This document shows positions 32,252 to 44,600 of a stretch of 64,000 bases of DNA, piece after piece. Within the stretch, counting starts at the first letter, position 1; the number at the start of each line of letters is the position of its first letter. Below the pieces are notes generated by a model. It saw nothing but the letters and a program-made list of their open reading frames with translations, had not been told where the DNA came from and did no database searches. The DNA comes from Savitreella phatthalungensis (taxonomy: Eukaryota). The stretch covers positions 1 through 64,000 of the forward strand of contig AP039695.1 in the NCBI GenBank assembly GCA_051599415.1, given 5' to 3'. Made by a program: the position numbers and the translations under genes.

Positions 32252-33166
32252 ATGACTCACTCCCTGGCAGCACGCGTCGAGCAGATCCCTCGCTATAATG
32301 AGGCGGAGCTATCTCGGATCCCTATCGCCGACGACGATGCATCATTCGAGACAATGGACGGAGAGGACGAAGACGAAGAAAGCCCGGAGCTCAGTGACGC
32401 TTTAGAGCTCCCTTCTGACTCGCGTCGAGCCTCAAAGCATGATTACTGGACAGCGGTGCCCCACATACGTGATTACGGGTATGCTCCAGCTGACGTGCGA
32501 TTTTACCATCCGAGCTCTCCCCATCGGACAGATCCGCTTCTCGAGATATGTAGCAGCGGCGAGACTAGAGCTGCTCAGGGACCACTGCCACAGCCGGCGA
32601 TCGACGAGAGCGGAGCCTGGGACGGGAAGCCTCCTTGGCTGGACGACGAGGACGCGGAAGGCTCAGCTGAGGCCGAATACAACGACGATGACATTCGTGG
32701 GCGTGCTCGAGCTCTCTACCGTTTCGAGCCTATGCACGACAATGAATTTGCCCTAGAGGAAGGTCAAGTTATCTATGTGTCAAGTCGACACGGCCTCGGC
32801 TGGCTCGTCGCTGTCGATCCAGACACGGGTGATTGTGGTCTCGTGCCTGAGGAATACGTTGCATTCTTCGAATCCACCACAGCCATTGATGACGACAGAC
32901 TCGACAATTGTGATAGTCACGATCTGAGCGAGCTCTCTCTGGACTCTGCTGCCGATAGCGCCTGGGAGGATGAAGTGATCACCAAGACGGAATTGATGGA
33001 GCTTGAACACGATCCGCACGAAGTGTCCGTCGATGAACTCGGCTCTGACCTAGCGAATCTCCTCGTAGCCCTCAGAGCTCCTAGAGGCCTTGCAGAATCC
33101 GTGGCAATACGAGCGAGTTCTGACAATGAAGGCTCGAAGGATGTCTCAAGCAAACTCGGTGAGTGA
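32252..33166 (+). CDS. SH3 adaptor Nbp2/Skb5-like
   Basis: IRDYGY motif and SH3 ARALYRF..DNEFALEEGQ..HGLGWLVA..GLVPEEYV, with acidic flanks. Confidence 0.82.
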   Translation: MTHSLAARVEQIPRYNEAELSRIPIADDDASFETMDGEDEDEESPELSDALELPSDSRRASKHDYWTAVPHIRDYGYAPADVRFYHPSSPHRTDPLLEICSSGETRAAQGPLPQPAIDESGAWDGKPPWLDDEDAEGSAEAEYNDDDIRGRARALYRFEPMHDNEFALEEGQVIYVSSRHGLGWLVAVDPDTGDCGLVPEEYVAFFESTTAIDDDRLDNCDSHDLSELSLDSAADSAWEDEVITKTELMELEHDPHEVSVDELGSDLANLLVALRAPRGLAESVAIRASSDNEGSKDVSSKLGE

Positions 33167-33469
33167 TGCTATCAACTGCCTGAGCAGGGGCTTGTCGGAA
33201 GTCGACTCAGTGGCCTTTCGAGCCTGGCTATCGCATGTGGGTTTCATAATGCCATCAAAGAAGGTAAAGATGAGCAGCGTTGATCGCAGGCGGCACGCTT
33301 TACATCACTTTCGAACTTCAACGAGATGGGACGGACCAAAGATAGAGCGGTACCGAAGATCTCAATTTTTACTCTACCATTGACTGGCAGGAACCGAAGC
33401 ACAAGGCACATAGGATCGTCTGAAGGTTCCTTGATGAATTCGGCCACAATTATTTCTACGAATGGCCGC

Positions 33470-35268
33470 TCAGAACAGCAGATCGGCACCGTTGCTGTTC
33501 GCGGCACTGTTTACGGCAGAAGAACCCTTGCTGAAGTCTCCAAAGTCATCGTCGTCCTGATGCGCAGTGCCCACCGACACCGCAGGCTTGTTAGTGGCCC
33601 AAAGACCTTGCTGTGCGGTACGCTGGTTCATAGAAGCTAAAGACTCTGCTTTTGGCTTCGAAGCGGTCGTTTTGAAGCCCGAAAGCAAGTCTCCAAACGC
33701 GTCCGAGTTGCCAGCCGGCTTGACAGAACTGGTTCCGGCTTTCGAGGCCGGAGCAGATGTGGTAGAAGTGGCAGCGTTGGGAGCACCTGAACTGGCATTA
33801 GTGGTTTGCATTGTGAACAAGCCTGATGCGTAATAGTTTGGACCAGCTTGGATGCGTGTCTGCACGGTTGGCTGCCTGGAGACCTTGTCAGCCGGCGAGG
33901 CCAAGGACTGACCAGCATCAGACACGATCGCGCCGCCTGCCACGCCTGCCGAATACTGAAAACCCACAGGCTCTCCAACGACTCCCGGAGATTTCTCCTG
34001 TTGCTTTACGGGAGATGCTGGGCCCATGATGTTCATGAGCGACACAGTCTTCAGGTGAGGAGGCGCCGAAATATTAGTTGAAGCGCTCTGAAAGTCGTCG
34101 AAGTCATCGTCGTCGTCAACATTTGCTGTTGTGACTGAAGCCGCAGCACTATTGCGGACCTCCGGCAGCCTGGACGCCACTGTGGACGTTGTGCTAGGCT
34201 CGTCATCAAATGAGAATAGGTCAACTTCCTTAGGTTTTGATTCGATGTCGTTCTTATTCGGAATCGGTTTGGGAACCGTGGAGCGAGAGCTAAGACTTGG
34301 GACCGAGGATCTGCTGGTGATGGAAGACTCGTCATAGTCATCGAATCTCTCCATTGGAGCTTGCACACTACCGAGCGCGCCTTCGGCGAACCCATGTGCA
34401 GCCCTTTGACGTTGTGCTCGCTCTCTTCGCTCTGCCACGCGCGCAGTCGAGGCCTCGCCGGAAGCTGGAGATGCGCGGCCGTGTGTGCCGCCGCCGTCGC
34501 CATAGACGCGGTTGACCGGTGCGGCATTCGATGGTCGGGCAGTGAAACCGCCACCATCTCCATAGACCTGGCCCGCAGCACCCGCGCCGTAATCGTCGCT
34601 CGAAAATCCTCCATACTTTTTGCCAGTGTTGCCAAATCCTCCACTGGATCCTGCAGCAAACTGTCCATCGGATGAGACTGCTCCGAATTTCGATTTGTCA
34701 GATTTAGCCTTGCGCCGCTCCTCCCGAATCGTCTCTGATGAGCCCAGGAGATCGACTAGCTCTTTCGCACGATTTCGTACATTGATACCTTGATCCTTCA
34801 TCTTATCGTCGATAAAGTGGAAATTGCGAAGCAATTTGATAGTGCCGATGTGCTGACGAGCATCATCGATGACGCGCTCTGCACCGTGCTTGACAAGATA
34901 CTCAAGCAGCTGAAGTGATTTGTAAATTTGTCGCCATTCTTCTGCCGACTTCTCCACGAAACGCTTGTAGATCATCGCCATGATTTCAGAGAAATGCTGG
35001 TAATTATGCGTTGCGTCTGCGATTTCCTGCAGCTGCGTGGAGGATGCTCCCCATGGCTCATTGTTTGTGGCTTCTCTGACTTTAGCCTCGATTTCTGTGT
35101 AGTTCATCACGACTAGTCTTGTCAGCAGTTGTTCAACGCATGGCGACTCTTCCTGTCGAGTCTTCATTCGCATGCAGACTCACCATTTTGAACCTTTCTC
35201 ACTGCCGACTTGATATCATATAGGGTCAAGTTGGAGATTGTATCTCCGAAGTTGTCGAACGCCGACAT
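33470..35268 (-). CDS. ENT3: Epsin-like ENTH clathrin adaptor Ent3; exons 35268-35184, 35112-33470
   Basis: Spliced TLYDIKSAVRKVQNVVMNYTEIEAKVREATNNEPWGASS, ENTH domain, DLFSFD/DDFDDF/DDFGDF motifs and terminal DLLF. Intron 35113-35183. Confidence 0.92.
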
Positions 35269-36999
35269 GACACAGGCAATGTCTTTCTTTCGCGGCGAAG
35301 ATCGCTTTCGAGGGAGACTTTAATGATGCAGCAGGGCTGTGTCTGAAGGAGGAAACAGTAATCGACCAGGTACAATGTCTTGACCTTTGAGGCCACGATC
35401 AAGCGGTTTCGTATGGTTTGCTCGTGATCAATCTTGATCGTCAGGAGTGCTCTGCGTGCTAAGCTCTGTGCTAGAACTCACACCGGTAACCTGTGGTAGC
35501 CAGCCGTGCTGAAAGTGTATACCGATGACGCTAGTTGTATTCCCGGCCCGGGGGAACGTAGTTGCACAGCTACTAGGCCCACACATGCAGAAATGCGAAA
35601 GCCTGACCGAAGCAAATCTACATACTCAATAAAATTAATTTAATTTAGATAGAACTTTGATTCAATTCAGCCGCCGCAACAGGCATCGAGCGACGGAAGA
35701 CAATTCGCAAAGTGCCAGTCCTCTAATTCAAGTTATTTTTCCACCAAGCAGGTAAGTCCCGCTTATTCACCCAGCTGTATAGCCATATACACAACAATTG
35801 AGTGGTTCTTTCTCTTTCTGTGATCGTGGTATCAGCCACAGGTGGCGGTGCTACCACTAGTCCTCTAACCTCGCATAAAACCTTATGTTTACGTAGCCGT
35901 AGCTCCTTACTCGCATCACTTACACGCCTACAGCATTACACTTTCGCATATGATTTGCATGACTTAAGCTCTGAATTGTAGTTGCTCCCGTCTATCAACA
36001 TGCACGTGATCCTCCCAAAACTGCGCGAGTCCCTGGTGCGTGCTTACGCATGTTACACACAGAGATACAAGGGCGATTGAGTATGACGACAAGCCTGATC
36101 ATTAGACCAGGTGTGCTAAAATCGCGGGCATTCCATGGTAGCACGGTGTGAAGTCTCTCGTCAGCATGTTTATATATGGAGAAGGTTAGAAGGCGACCCT
36201 CGAGAGAGCAACTCAACGAGTTTGACGTGTATGTCGTGATATCATGCCGTAATGAGCTTCGAGCTGCCGGTGCGTAAACTTCGAGCCTTCTTTTCACACA
36301 TGCAGCGATCAACTTCATTCTTGTCCATCGGATGATATGCTATTCAATATGCATAATGTTCTCGATTGGAGCAAAGACGCATCATCACACAAACAAGAGC
36401 ACATTAAGCTTTGACGCTGTAAAATTGCGCCACGTTACCACTAATACACATTGAGTGAGCTCTTCTCGTCAATGCCAATGGTGTGTTTGCCATCGTTGCA
36501 GGGCCACTTCGGCCAGTCGTCTAGACGACACATGATAATATGCTCTCTGGGGAACCACAAGGTCAATACAACCTCGATCGCAAGCGTCGGTAGGACACAC
36601 TGGCAAAAAAGTTGTTGAGTTGAAGCTCATCATCGAATCCTGCATAGAACAGATATGGGCAAAAATTGCTCGCAGCCGAATCGATCTTATCGCCATGCAT
36701 GGTAAGTCGACCAAGCTCAAATATTATCGAGCATGCAATTGATTGTATGTAATGGTATTCTTATTCAGATTCTGAAGAAAATGATCGTCATGCCAAAAAC
36801 AATTGCGCCCAGAGAGGATCACACATTTCAACTCCAGCTCTCTTAAGGATTGTCTTGCTCTGCTCTAACCGTTTTGCACGAGCTTCTTGTGATTCTGGCA
36901 GCCTTCAAAGAGCTTAACGGCGGAAGACGCGAGGGTGCGAGATAGTCAGGCCGTCCATACGTCAGCCGTACGGAGCTCGCGGACACAGCGTGGATCGCG

Positions 37000-38100
37000 A
37001 TGGTAAACACCGCTTCTTCGATCATAGCCCGGAACGGTATTGTCTACATCGTATCTGAGCTCGAGTGGGATGAATCAGATACAGAGATCACATCTGATGT
37101 GAAGATACTCGGATGCTTCACTTCTGCGCGCGCCGCCAATCAATGTGTTCAGACATGGCACCAGCGTTCATATGTCCCAACCGAGACTTCAGTACCTAGT
37201 GACGAACATGGCGGTGCAGGCCCCAACAATCTCTACGATAAATACGTGGAAGCGAAAGACGCAGAAGGCTTGCTGCATTTGACTGCAACGCTCGGCTGGC
37301 GCTGTTGGGAGATAGCTGCTGAAGCAATTCCAGTCGATGAAGAGTTTACAATGTCGCTCATGGAACCCGGCATCGGCATGAGTGAGGAGCAGGTAGACAG
37401 GTCAATTGTGGATCGAACAGACACCAGGAGCCGCGCAAAAGCAGATTCTAGCAATCGCAGCTTCCCTCGCCGCGGCCGTAAAGAGTCGATCAGAGCAGTT
37501 CGCGATCGTCGTGTGTCTGATGGCAAAGCCGGAGCACGCAAAATCACTGTGGACGAGGAGGATGAGATTGCTTCGGTGGCCTTGTCTTCAAACGGCCATT
37601 TCGCACTGGACACCAAGCTGGAAGCCGATGAGGATGACGACCAGAAGAATGTTCCACAAGATGACACTACAATTGCACATGACGTTAACGCTGGTAATTC
37701 ACCATCAGATTCCGATGGACTTCAGGATAGCACGACCGGTCCAAAACGGGTGCCGAAACGCAGAATCACAAAAGTGGATGATGCAGACGAGTCGCCCACT
37801 AGGAGGCAAAGCCTCTCTAGGATCGAGAAGACAGCTGTGTATGGCACGCCTTCAAGTGCCACAGATGCTGTCAGCCCATCACGCCCATGGACAACGAACG
37901 ATAGACTTGCGTCACCGCGTGGCTCACGGCAACAGAAACGTACAGGCAAGCCAGATCTTGTTCAACAGCACAACCGCCGACAGCTCGCTGCACAGCGGCA
38001 CGGCGGCATATCTGCCTCAAGTAAGCGATCGTCGTCCCATGCGAACGCTTCTGCTTCTGCCAGGACTGTTGATGACAATGAACGAATTTTCATGGGATAG
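37000..38100 (+). CDS. Hypothetical protein (small N-terminal globular region, long disordered tail)
   Basis: 366-aa ATG-started ORF in otherwise unoccupied space. No family recognised. Confidence 0.6.
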   Translation: MVNTASSIIARNGIVYIVSELEWDESDTEITSDVKILGCFTSARAANQCVQTWHQRSYVPTETSVPSDEHGGAGPNNLYDKYVEAKDAEGLLHLTATLGWRCWEIAAEAIPVDEEFTMSLMEPGIGMSEEQVDRSIVDRTDTRSRAKADSSNRSFPRRGRKESIRAVRDRRVSDGKAGARKITVDEEDEIASVALSSNGHFALDTKLEADEDDDQKNVPQDDTTIAHDVNAGNSPSDSDGLQDSTTGPKRVPKRRITKVDDADESPTRRQSLSRIEKTAVYGTPSSATDAVSPSRPWTTNDRLASPRGSRQQKRTGKPDLVQQHNRRQLAAQRHGGISASSKRSSSHANASASARTVDDNERIFMG

Positions 38101-38678
38101 GCTGCGACTTCGAGGACTCGAGAGCTTATTTCACTATACTACGATCGAGCTCGTTCCAAGCTTGCATCCCATGTAGACTGGCGATAAGCTGCGACCAGTC
38201 GCGGAATGACACAGCTGTCGTTCACCGCAGACATACCGGCAGATCAGTTCTGAATATCATCTCTGCGAAAATCTCGACGGTTAAACAATGGCCTACGACG
38301 CAGCACTCGCGAATCGCGGCTCCGCAACACATGACGGTTCGCCAAGACTTTGATATGGCTTTGCCGGGCGCGTCGCGATTTTTTCTGGGTCAAGCCTGAT
38401 CCGTAGCGATGATGACGGGGAGCGATTGCGTCTCAAGGCGCGCCGTAAAAGTAGCACTTGGACTGCACCCGCGGGACATTTGCACACGGCTCGATTCATT
38501 AACATAAGACTGTGGCGTGCGAATCCGAAGCACCCAACATGCTGCAAAGAAGATATTTAGCCAGCGTGACTGAGTCTATAGTTCCCACGCATCTATTGCG
38601 AATTCGAAGTTCGAGGCTCGAGACGATGGACTGCATTTCACCACGCAATGATCATCGGATCCTGAAGCTGAAGCATCT

Positions 38679-40910
38679 CTAAAGCTGTCTTCGCTGCCTG
38701 CCTTGTCGAGTGGTCCGGAAAGCGCAACAGACCCCCTTTCTGTCAAAATATTCACGAGCCTCGTCGAGCTGCAGCGACAGATACGGGTGCTTAAGATTCA
38801 TGTCGGCGACAAAATCCTCGAGAATGATCGGCTCGTACATGATAATCCGCCGGAACCAACCCTCGCGCACTACAAAGTCAGTTTGAAACAGGTTGTCCAG
38901 GCCGTCAGCAAGACTGCTCTTGCGGACCTGACGATCACGAACGGCTTGATCTTTTGCATCGATCCTCGCCTGAGTTTTGGTTTGTTTCTCTCGATCCTTG
39001 GCAAGCCGCCATTCGTCCCTTATCCTGATTCGCATCGCAGTCTTCAGTGCCTTTTCTTGTTCCCGATGAGCCTCCTTCTCCGCTCGACATGCTCGCAAGC
39101 CGCGTGACGGGAGGCCCATTTCTTTCAAGGACACCGTTTGCAAAGGACTTGTAACGCACGGCGTGACAACCTCGCTGTTATGGATCAGCGGGCTTCCTTC
39201 TGTCAGGTCTACTGGGTTTTCGAGAACAGACTCTTTGGAGTCGCATAATGCGACGACCGGCTCATCCTTCTTCGTCGTGTCTGAGCTAGCTTTCGAGTGA
39301 TAGTAGCATGGATTTTGAGCTTTCTGATGACGAAATCCGTGAGATACCAAGGTCGACTGCTCTGTGAAAAGCTGTCTGTCCGGCCCGTGCGCCTTACGTT
39401 GAGGTATTTGAGAAGGCGGAGCGAGCTCTACAGGCTCTTCGTCTGAATCGGGAATCGAGATGACTCGGGTCATATCCTTGGGCCCAGAACTTCTGCCGGG
39501 AAGAGGACGTGGGCACGTGAGGTGATGGAGAGGTCTGTCGTCTTCATCCCCACTCTGTGACGCTATTTCGATGGCGTCGATCGCTAGGGAGGGACTTCGA
39601 TGCGCAAGCCTGGGCCCACTAATTTTCGGAGCGAGAATCTGGGGCAGAATGGCTCCGGTCGATTGCGCGCGCAAATCTATGATCTCGTGACGAGTCTCTT
39701 TCCTTTCTGACAATTGCACGGGGAAGTCGAGCGTTTGTGCCTCCGCGCCTTGGTTTATGTTGCCAGATTTCGGAGGAGAACCCACTAGGTCACACAGATA
39801 CTGCTGAGAATATAGCGGGACAAAGGAATCTTCATCAGAGCTGACGGCAGAGCGAGCACGACCGGGAGAGTCGGTCGGCTGCATGTCAATCTCGGATCGA
39901 AAATGGTGATCAGTCGTTGTGTGTCTTCTGGTTTTAGCCGAATTGTTAACCGGTTCTTGGTCCATTGACGGCACCTGAGGACACGTTGGAAGCTCTTTCC
40001 CAGCAGGCCCACCAATCATGCTGTCCGACAGATCCTTGCCGTCAGTGACTTGCCCATCCGGACCACGCGATGCAGCCTGAAAAAGGCCTTTGTAAGTTCC
40101 GTGGAGACTTGACATCCCAAGGATGTGCGGTCTAGAGGATTGACGAATACGGGATAACGAATCGAAACGAATGCCTTGAGCAGAGATGCTCCGTCCAACT
40201 GTGCGCGGAGATAGGAGGCCTTTACAGACCGTGGTGTCCAGCCTGTCCGGCCGATATATGCGGGCGGATTGACCTAGCTCATGATGCGAACCCAGTGTAG
40301 GACTCGCTCGCTGAACGCATTGATCACGACCGAGACTGACGGCTCTACGCTGTCCCGACCTCGCGTGACAATTGACTTCCCCTGAACAATATGCATCGTT
40401 GATACTGGATGCAGCTTTGCTCGCCTCGAACGCTTGAAGTGCGCGCTCCGTGATGTTCAAGATTTTGGCCTTTTTCGTCCGCAAATGTCGCTGTGGGCGT
40501 CGCCCGCGCGCCAAGGAATCGGCATTTAGCATCTGCTGGCCCGATGATTGCGCGTATCTCCCGAGATTCGTCCCAAGATCAGTTCCGCTTCGGCCTGAAA
40601 ACATGTCCTTGAGCTTAGGCTGATTCGACCTTATTCTTGGGAGAACGGCGTTCTTGCGCTTCCTGACGTCTCTGGCGGAGATATTAATCGTGACTACTTC
40701 GCAATCACTGCCTGCAGACATCTCGGGCACTCGACATGATTCGGTTGAAAATGCTTCGGCTTTGTATCCTGCAATGGGTGCGCTAGAGGCTGAGAGAGCG
40801 GCCGGATGGATGGACTCAGTCGCCTGTTCCACAACATTCATGCTTGCTGAATCTTCAGCTCGATTGACGTATTGTCGGTTTGGTGGAGCCATGCATCGAT
40901 CAAGAGACAT
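38679..40910 (-). CDS. Slx4-like structure-specific endonuclease scaffold
   Basis: C-terminal WFRRIIMYEPIILEDF..YFDRKGVCC resembles the conserved Slx4 C-terminal domain. The rest is low-complexity with SIM-like IIDL/VISI motifs. Start uncertain. Confidence 0.7.
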   Translation of the reverse strand: MSLDRCMAPPNRQYVNRAEDSASMNVVEQATESIHPAALSASSAPIAGYKAEAFSTESCRVPEMSAGSDCEVVTINISARDVRKRKNAVLPRIRSNQPKLKDMFSGRSGTDLGTNLGRYAQSSGQQMLNADSLARGRRPQRHLRTKKAKILNITERALQAFEASKAASSINDAYCSGEVNCHARSGQRRAVSLGRDQCVQRASPTLGSHHELGQSARIYRPDRLDTTVCKGLLSPRTVGRSISAQGIRFDSLSRIRQSSRPHILGMSSLHGTYKGLFQAASRGPDGQVTDGKDLSDSMIGGPAGKELPTCPQVPSMDQEPVNNSAKTRRHTTTDHHFRSEIDMQPTDSPGRARSAVSSDEDSFVPLYSQQYLCDLVGSPPKSGNINQGAEAQTLDFPVQLSERKETRHEIIDLRAQSTGAILPQILAPKISGPRLAHRSPSLAIDAIEIASQSGDEDDRPLHHLTCPRPLPGRSSGPKDMTRVISIPDSDEEPVELAPPSQIPQRKAHGPDRQLFTEQSTLVSHGFRHQKAQNPCYYHSKASSDTTKKDEPVVALCDSKESVLENPVDLTEGSPLIHNSEVVTPCVTSPLQTVSLKEMGLPSRGLRACRAEKEAHREQEKALKTAMRIRIRDEWRLAKDREKQTKTQARIDAKDQAVRDRQVRKSSLADGLDNLFQTDFVVREGWFRRIIMYEPIILEDFVADMNLKHPYLSLQLDEAREYFDRKGVCCAFRTTRQGRQRRQL

Positions 40911-41838
40911 GCGAGCGACTGAACATGGGGTGAAAGACTTGCGACAACACCAGCCTAAGCGAGTGGCACTAATCAGGCTCCGCCCAGCTGCACAAGAGTG
41001 CGCCGCTATTGGACGTATCACAGACTGTTTGCAAACAATTTTGAGGTCGCAGTTGTGGGCATTGAGGGTCTCCCTATTGAGCGTCGGGATACAGCTCGTG
41101 ATCTTCTGCGAATGCGCGTTGCGGTTGGAATCCCTGGTAAATCAATGAGCTGAAATCATTGTTGTTAGTCGTCTTTTAATTCTGTTGTGCTGCACTGTCG
41201 TCAAGCTTACAGAAGATTATCTCTTGTACTGTAGTCGAGCAACGCTATCAGTAGAAAGAGGCCGACTGGTTCGTACGGTCTGACAGCCGCACAGTCTCGA
41301 CCTAATGCGCGATATCTGTAAAGTCACGTTTTGAGTCTTGCTGATGGTTGTCAAGTACGTACCCGAATCCACTAGTGTCGTGCATGGAGTGATCAACTTA
41401 GCTATAGCCAGCTAGCTATATGTTTACCTTGCATATGCATTTATTGAACGATCCACTCGAGCGTATTTTGATCAATTTTTTACATCATTTAAATTAATTT
41501 TCATTCACTTCAATATTCGCGCGCGCGATCGCTATATAAATTATATGCACTAGCTGGCTGTATTGAATCGATCTGGCAAGATTGTCAGACAAATTTTATC
41601 AACATAATTATATATCAATCAGTTCAGGTCTAATTGGTGCCACAAACGAATCCAGTACTGTCGACATCATGTGGTGCATTTCCGGGATGATGATCAGTTT
41701 GTAGCCGGTCCCCACGTTCTTTCCATGAGTGTTAAAATAACTCTAGGAACCAGTTTACAACAAAGCAAAGCCGATGCGTGACGTCGAGCAATCATTCATT
41801 ATACCCTCAACGATCGTGGGCTTTTTGGATCGTGAATA

Positions 41839-42981
41839 ATGTCACGGACAGAAGTGCTGCAGCCGGAAGGATTCCGCGCTGATGGCAGGCTGCCTTCCGA
41901 ATGTAGACACTTTCGGGCTCGGATATCATTGCCGTCCATGAACGGAGCCGAGCCTGCCGTCGATGGATCAAGCGTTGTCGAGATGGGCTTGACCAATGTC
42001 ATATGTACTGTCGTTGGGCCCCACGAGCCGGCATCGCGTATGATCGCGCAACAGTGCCGGGAGAGGGCTTCCGCAGGAGCCTCTTCGTCAGGCTCCTTTG
42101 CCAATGTCGTGATGGCAGCTCAAGGTGATGCCGAGCCGGGTTTCGTCAATGTCACCTTGTCGGACGACCTGTCCGCCCCTGGCAACAACGTGACGCCCGG
42201 TATGAAGAATGGCTCTCTCAGTGGCGGTCAAGACAAGCGAACGCAGGAACTGATCATTCACATCACCTCCGTCCTCCACGCCCATCTTTTACTCAGCAAA
42301 GTGCCCAGATCCCAAATCGATGTGCAATTGCTCGTTGTCTCTGCCGACGGCGGCAAGCTGGCAGCATGCATCAACGCCGCCATTCTGGCTCTTGTGGACG
42401 CAGGCGTGCCGATGCGTGGTCTTATAAGCGCTTGTTCGGCTGGTCTCGCCATTCATCCTCGCGCGGTATCTGACGGGTCGGCTCAATTCTCCGCTGCTCG
42501 TAGTGGCAGCCACGTCGCGCGCAGTCTGAAACGTGGAAGTTCGAGTAGCGCGGCTGTGGCGTCCGGCCAAGCAACGGAGGTAGCCCTCGCGGATCTGACA
42601 GCTGCAGAGCAATCGGGAATCCCGTGGCTTACAATTGCAACGCAAGTGTCCTCTGATATGCAGGCCAAACAGACACCGGAACGTATGAAGGCTGGTCCCT
42701 TGCACGGGAACCAGGACGATGAGACGGCCGGGCAGGATGGATTTGTGGCCTATCACGCGCATGCGGTCTTGCCGGTCAGCGAGCCAAATACGCTGCGGAC
42801 CAAGCCCGGTGTCACTATGCTATTGTGCGAGTCGCGATTGCCCATTCAAGGCTTTGCCTCAGTCCTTGATATGGCAGTGCGCGGTTGCGAGGCCATCCGA
42901 GCTCAGATGGAGCGGGTTTGTCAAAGTCAAGCCCAGCGTCACTGGACTCAAAACGCGGGCGTTGAGCACATGGTCTCATGA
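41839..42981 (+). CDS. RRP41: Exosome RNase PH-like subunit Rrp41/Ski6 with long insertions
   Basis: PEGFRADGR, DGSS..EMG.T.VIC.V.GPHE and PRSQIDV..ADGG.LAACINA..LALVDAGVPM. Confidence 0.82.
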   Translation: MSRTEVLQPEGFRADGRLPSECRHFRARISLPSMNGAEPAVDGSSVVEMGLTNVICTVVGPHEPASRMIAQQCRERASAGASSSGSFANVVMAAQGDAEPGFVNVTLSDDLSAPGNNVTPGMKNGSLSGGQDKRTQELIIHITSVLHAHLLLSKVPRSQIDVQLLVVSADGGKLAACINAAILALVDAGVPMRGLISACSAGLAIHPRAVSDGSAQFSAARSGSHVARSLKRGSSSSAAVASGQATEVALADLTAAEQSGIPWLTIATQVSSDMQAKQTPERMKAGPLHGNQDDETAGQDGFVAYHAHAVLPVSEPNTLRTKPGVTMLLCESRLPIQGFASVLDMAVRGCEAIRAQMERVCQSQAQRHWTQNAGVEHMVS

Positions 42982-43062
42982 TACTGTCCTGACGTGCAGG
43001 CGGACGATCACCGGCTCACGCGATAATTATTAACTGCCTGACGTCGCGCAGACCTCAGGATT

Positions 43063-44600
43063 CTACCTGATATGCATGTCCGAGAAGTGTTCTTGCGCAT
43101 CTTCAAACATCTGGTCTTCGGAGTCAACCGGGCTTAATTTCGGTCGGGCGGCATCAGGCGCTTGTGCTTTAGGCGTGCTAGGAGAAGCCAAAGCATTTGC
43201 CGCGTGCGTGCTTGAAGCTGCAGACTGTTTGAGATGGCTTGCACCTGGTGTGATCTGTGGCGACGCACCGGGTTGCGGCCGGAGCGGAGAATTGCCACTA
43301 ATCACAGGAGTTTTTGTTGCTGAATTTGTCGGTCCTCCTTGAGGTGCCGATCCGGGTCTAGCTTCATGAGCAGAGGCTGTCCTGGTGGGCGACATGCCTT
43401 TCGTTGCTGAAGAGCCGGCTTGCTGCGCATCAGTGATTCCGCCTACGGCAGCTTCCATCCAATTCTTCAAATCTGTGCCTTGTAGATCGGCCGGTGCGTT
43501 CAGTGAATACTCTTCGTCCCCTGTCTTGCGAAACAAACTCGGAGACCAATGTTCTCCCGCCTCGTGTCGGCGCCGCGCTTCTTCTCGCTGGGCGTCTTCA
43601 ATATCGCCTTTGAACTGAGTCGCTGCAGCTTGATCTCGGGCTTTGATTGCATCGATCGTGTTCTTCCACAGACGACGTGATTCGCGCTCGCCCATCAACT
43701 CGATTGGTTTCGTTGAGATTGGAGTCTCCTTCGCGGTCATGCCATCGAAGAATGGCTCCACCTTCTTCGTCTTCAAATTCTTAATTGTCATTTGCTCGGT
43801 CCACTTGCCGTCAAGTTCGAAAAGCCTCTCTCCAGTGCTGAGTCTCTTTATGCACCCGCCAATCGTATCGTACTTGCCGCTGATAAAGCCCTTCGTTTTG
43901 AATTCAATGTCAGCAACTAGGTCAGATTGCTCGCATTTGACCATTGAGTGATCGCCCAGTTCCATGCGCATTCGGCCGAACAGGATGCCGCGGGCATACA
44001 TATTGGGTTGCGTGAGAGTATAAAGTTCGTCATGATTCAGAATCCTCAGCGTCGCCTCGCCCTCCATGATACTGCCAGCACTGTTCCCCAAAAACTTGGA
44101 CCGGGGTTTTAGCAGTCCGTCGATTCGTATTTTGTGTTCCGGGCAGTAGTAGCAATATGCAGAGATAGGAGGATGATGGGAGACCTGCTCGGCTAAGTAT
44201 AGTGCTTGAGTGCCATCCGCAATTGTCCAGTATCCGCTGAAGACCTCGCCGAGGATCGGATTCAACGGTTTCTTAACTCCCGGGGGTCGAATATGCCAGC
44301 CGGCCATATAGAATCGTACTACTTCGACAAAGCGGGCAACTGGGTCGCTCAATTCGGGAATCGGCATCAATAGTTCGGGATGGGCCATGAAGCTGTTCGG
44401 AGTCAGTCCAGACCGGTCTTACAAGTGAACACGCATGCTTACTTTGTGATTCGCTCGAGCATCGATTTCGGCTCGAGAATGAAAGTCGGCAACGTTATAC
44501 GCGAGAGATCCATTCCTGGTCGAAGCTGTCCGATGATGCCCATGATGATAGATTTCTGATCATCCTCTAGCGCAGTCTCTGCCGCATCTTCCTTCGTCAT
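43063..44600 (-). CDS. Oxysterol-binding protein homologue Osh6/Osh7-like; exons 44600-44443, 44392-43063
   Basis: Spliced QLRPGMDLSRITLPTFILEPKSMLERITNFM, KKPLNPILGE and the EQVSHHPP signature. Intron 44393-44442. Confidence 0.92.

Noticed and set aside
37406..38176. 256-aa overlapping ORF in a second frame
   Set aside because: GTG start and no motifs; most likely a shadow of 37000-38100.
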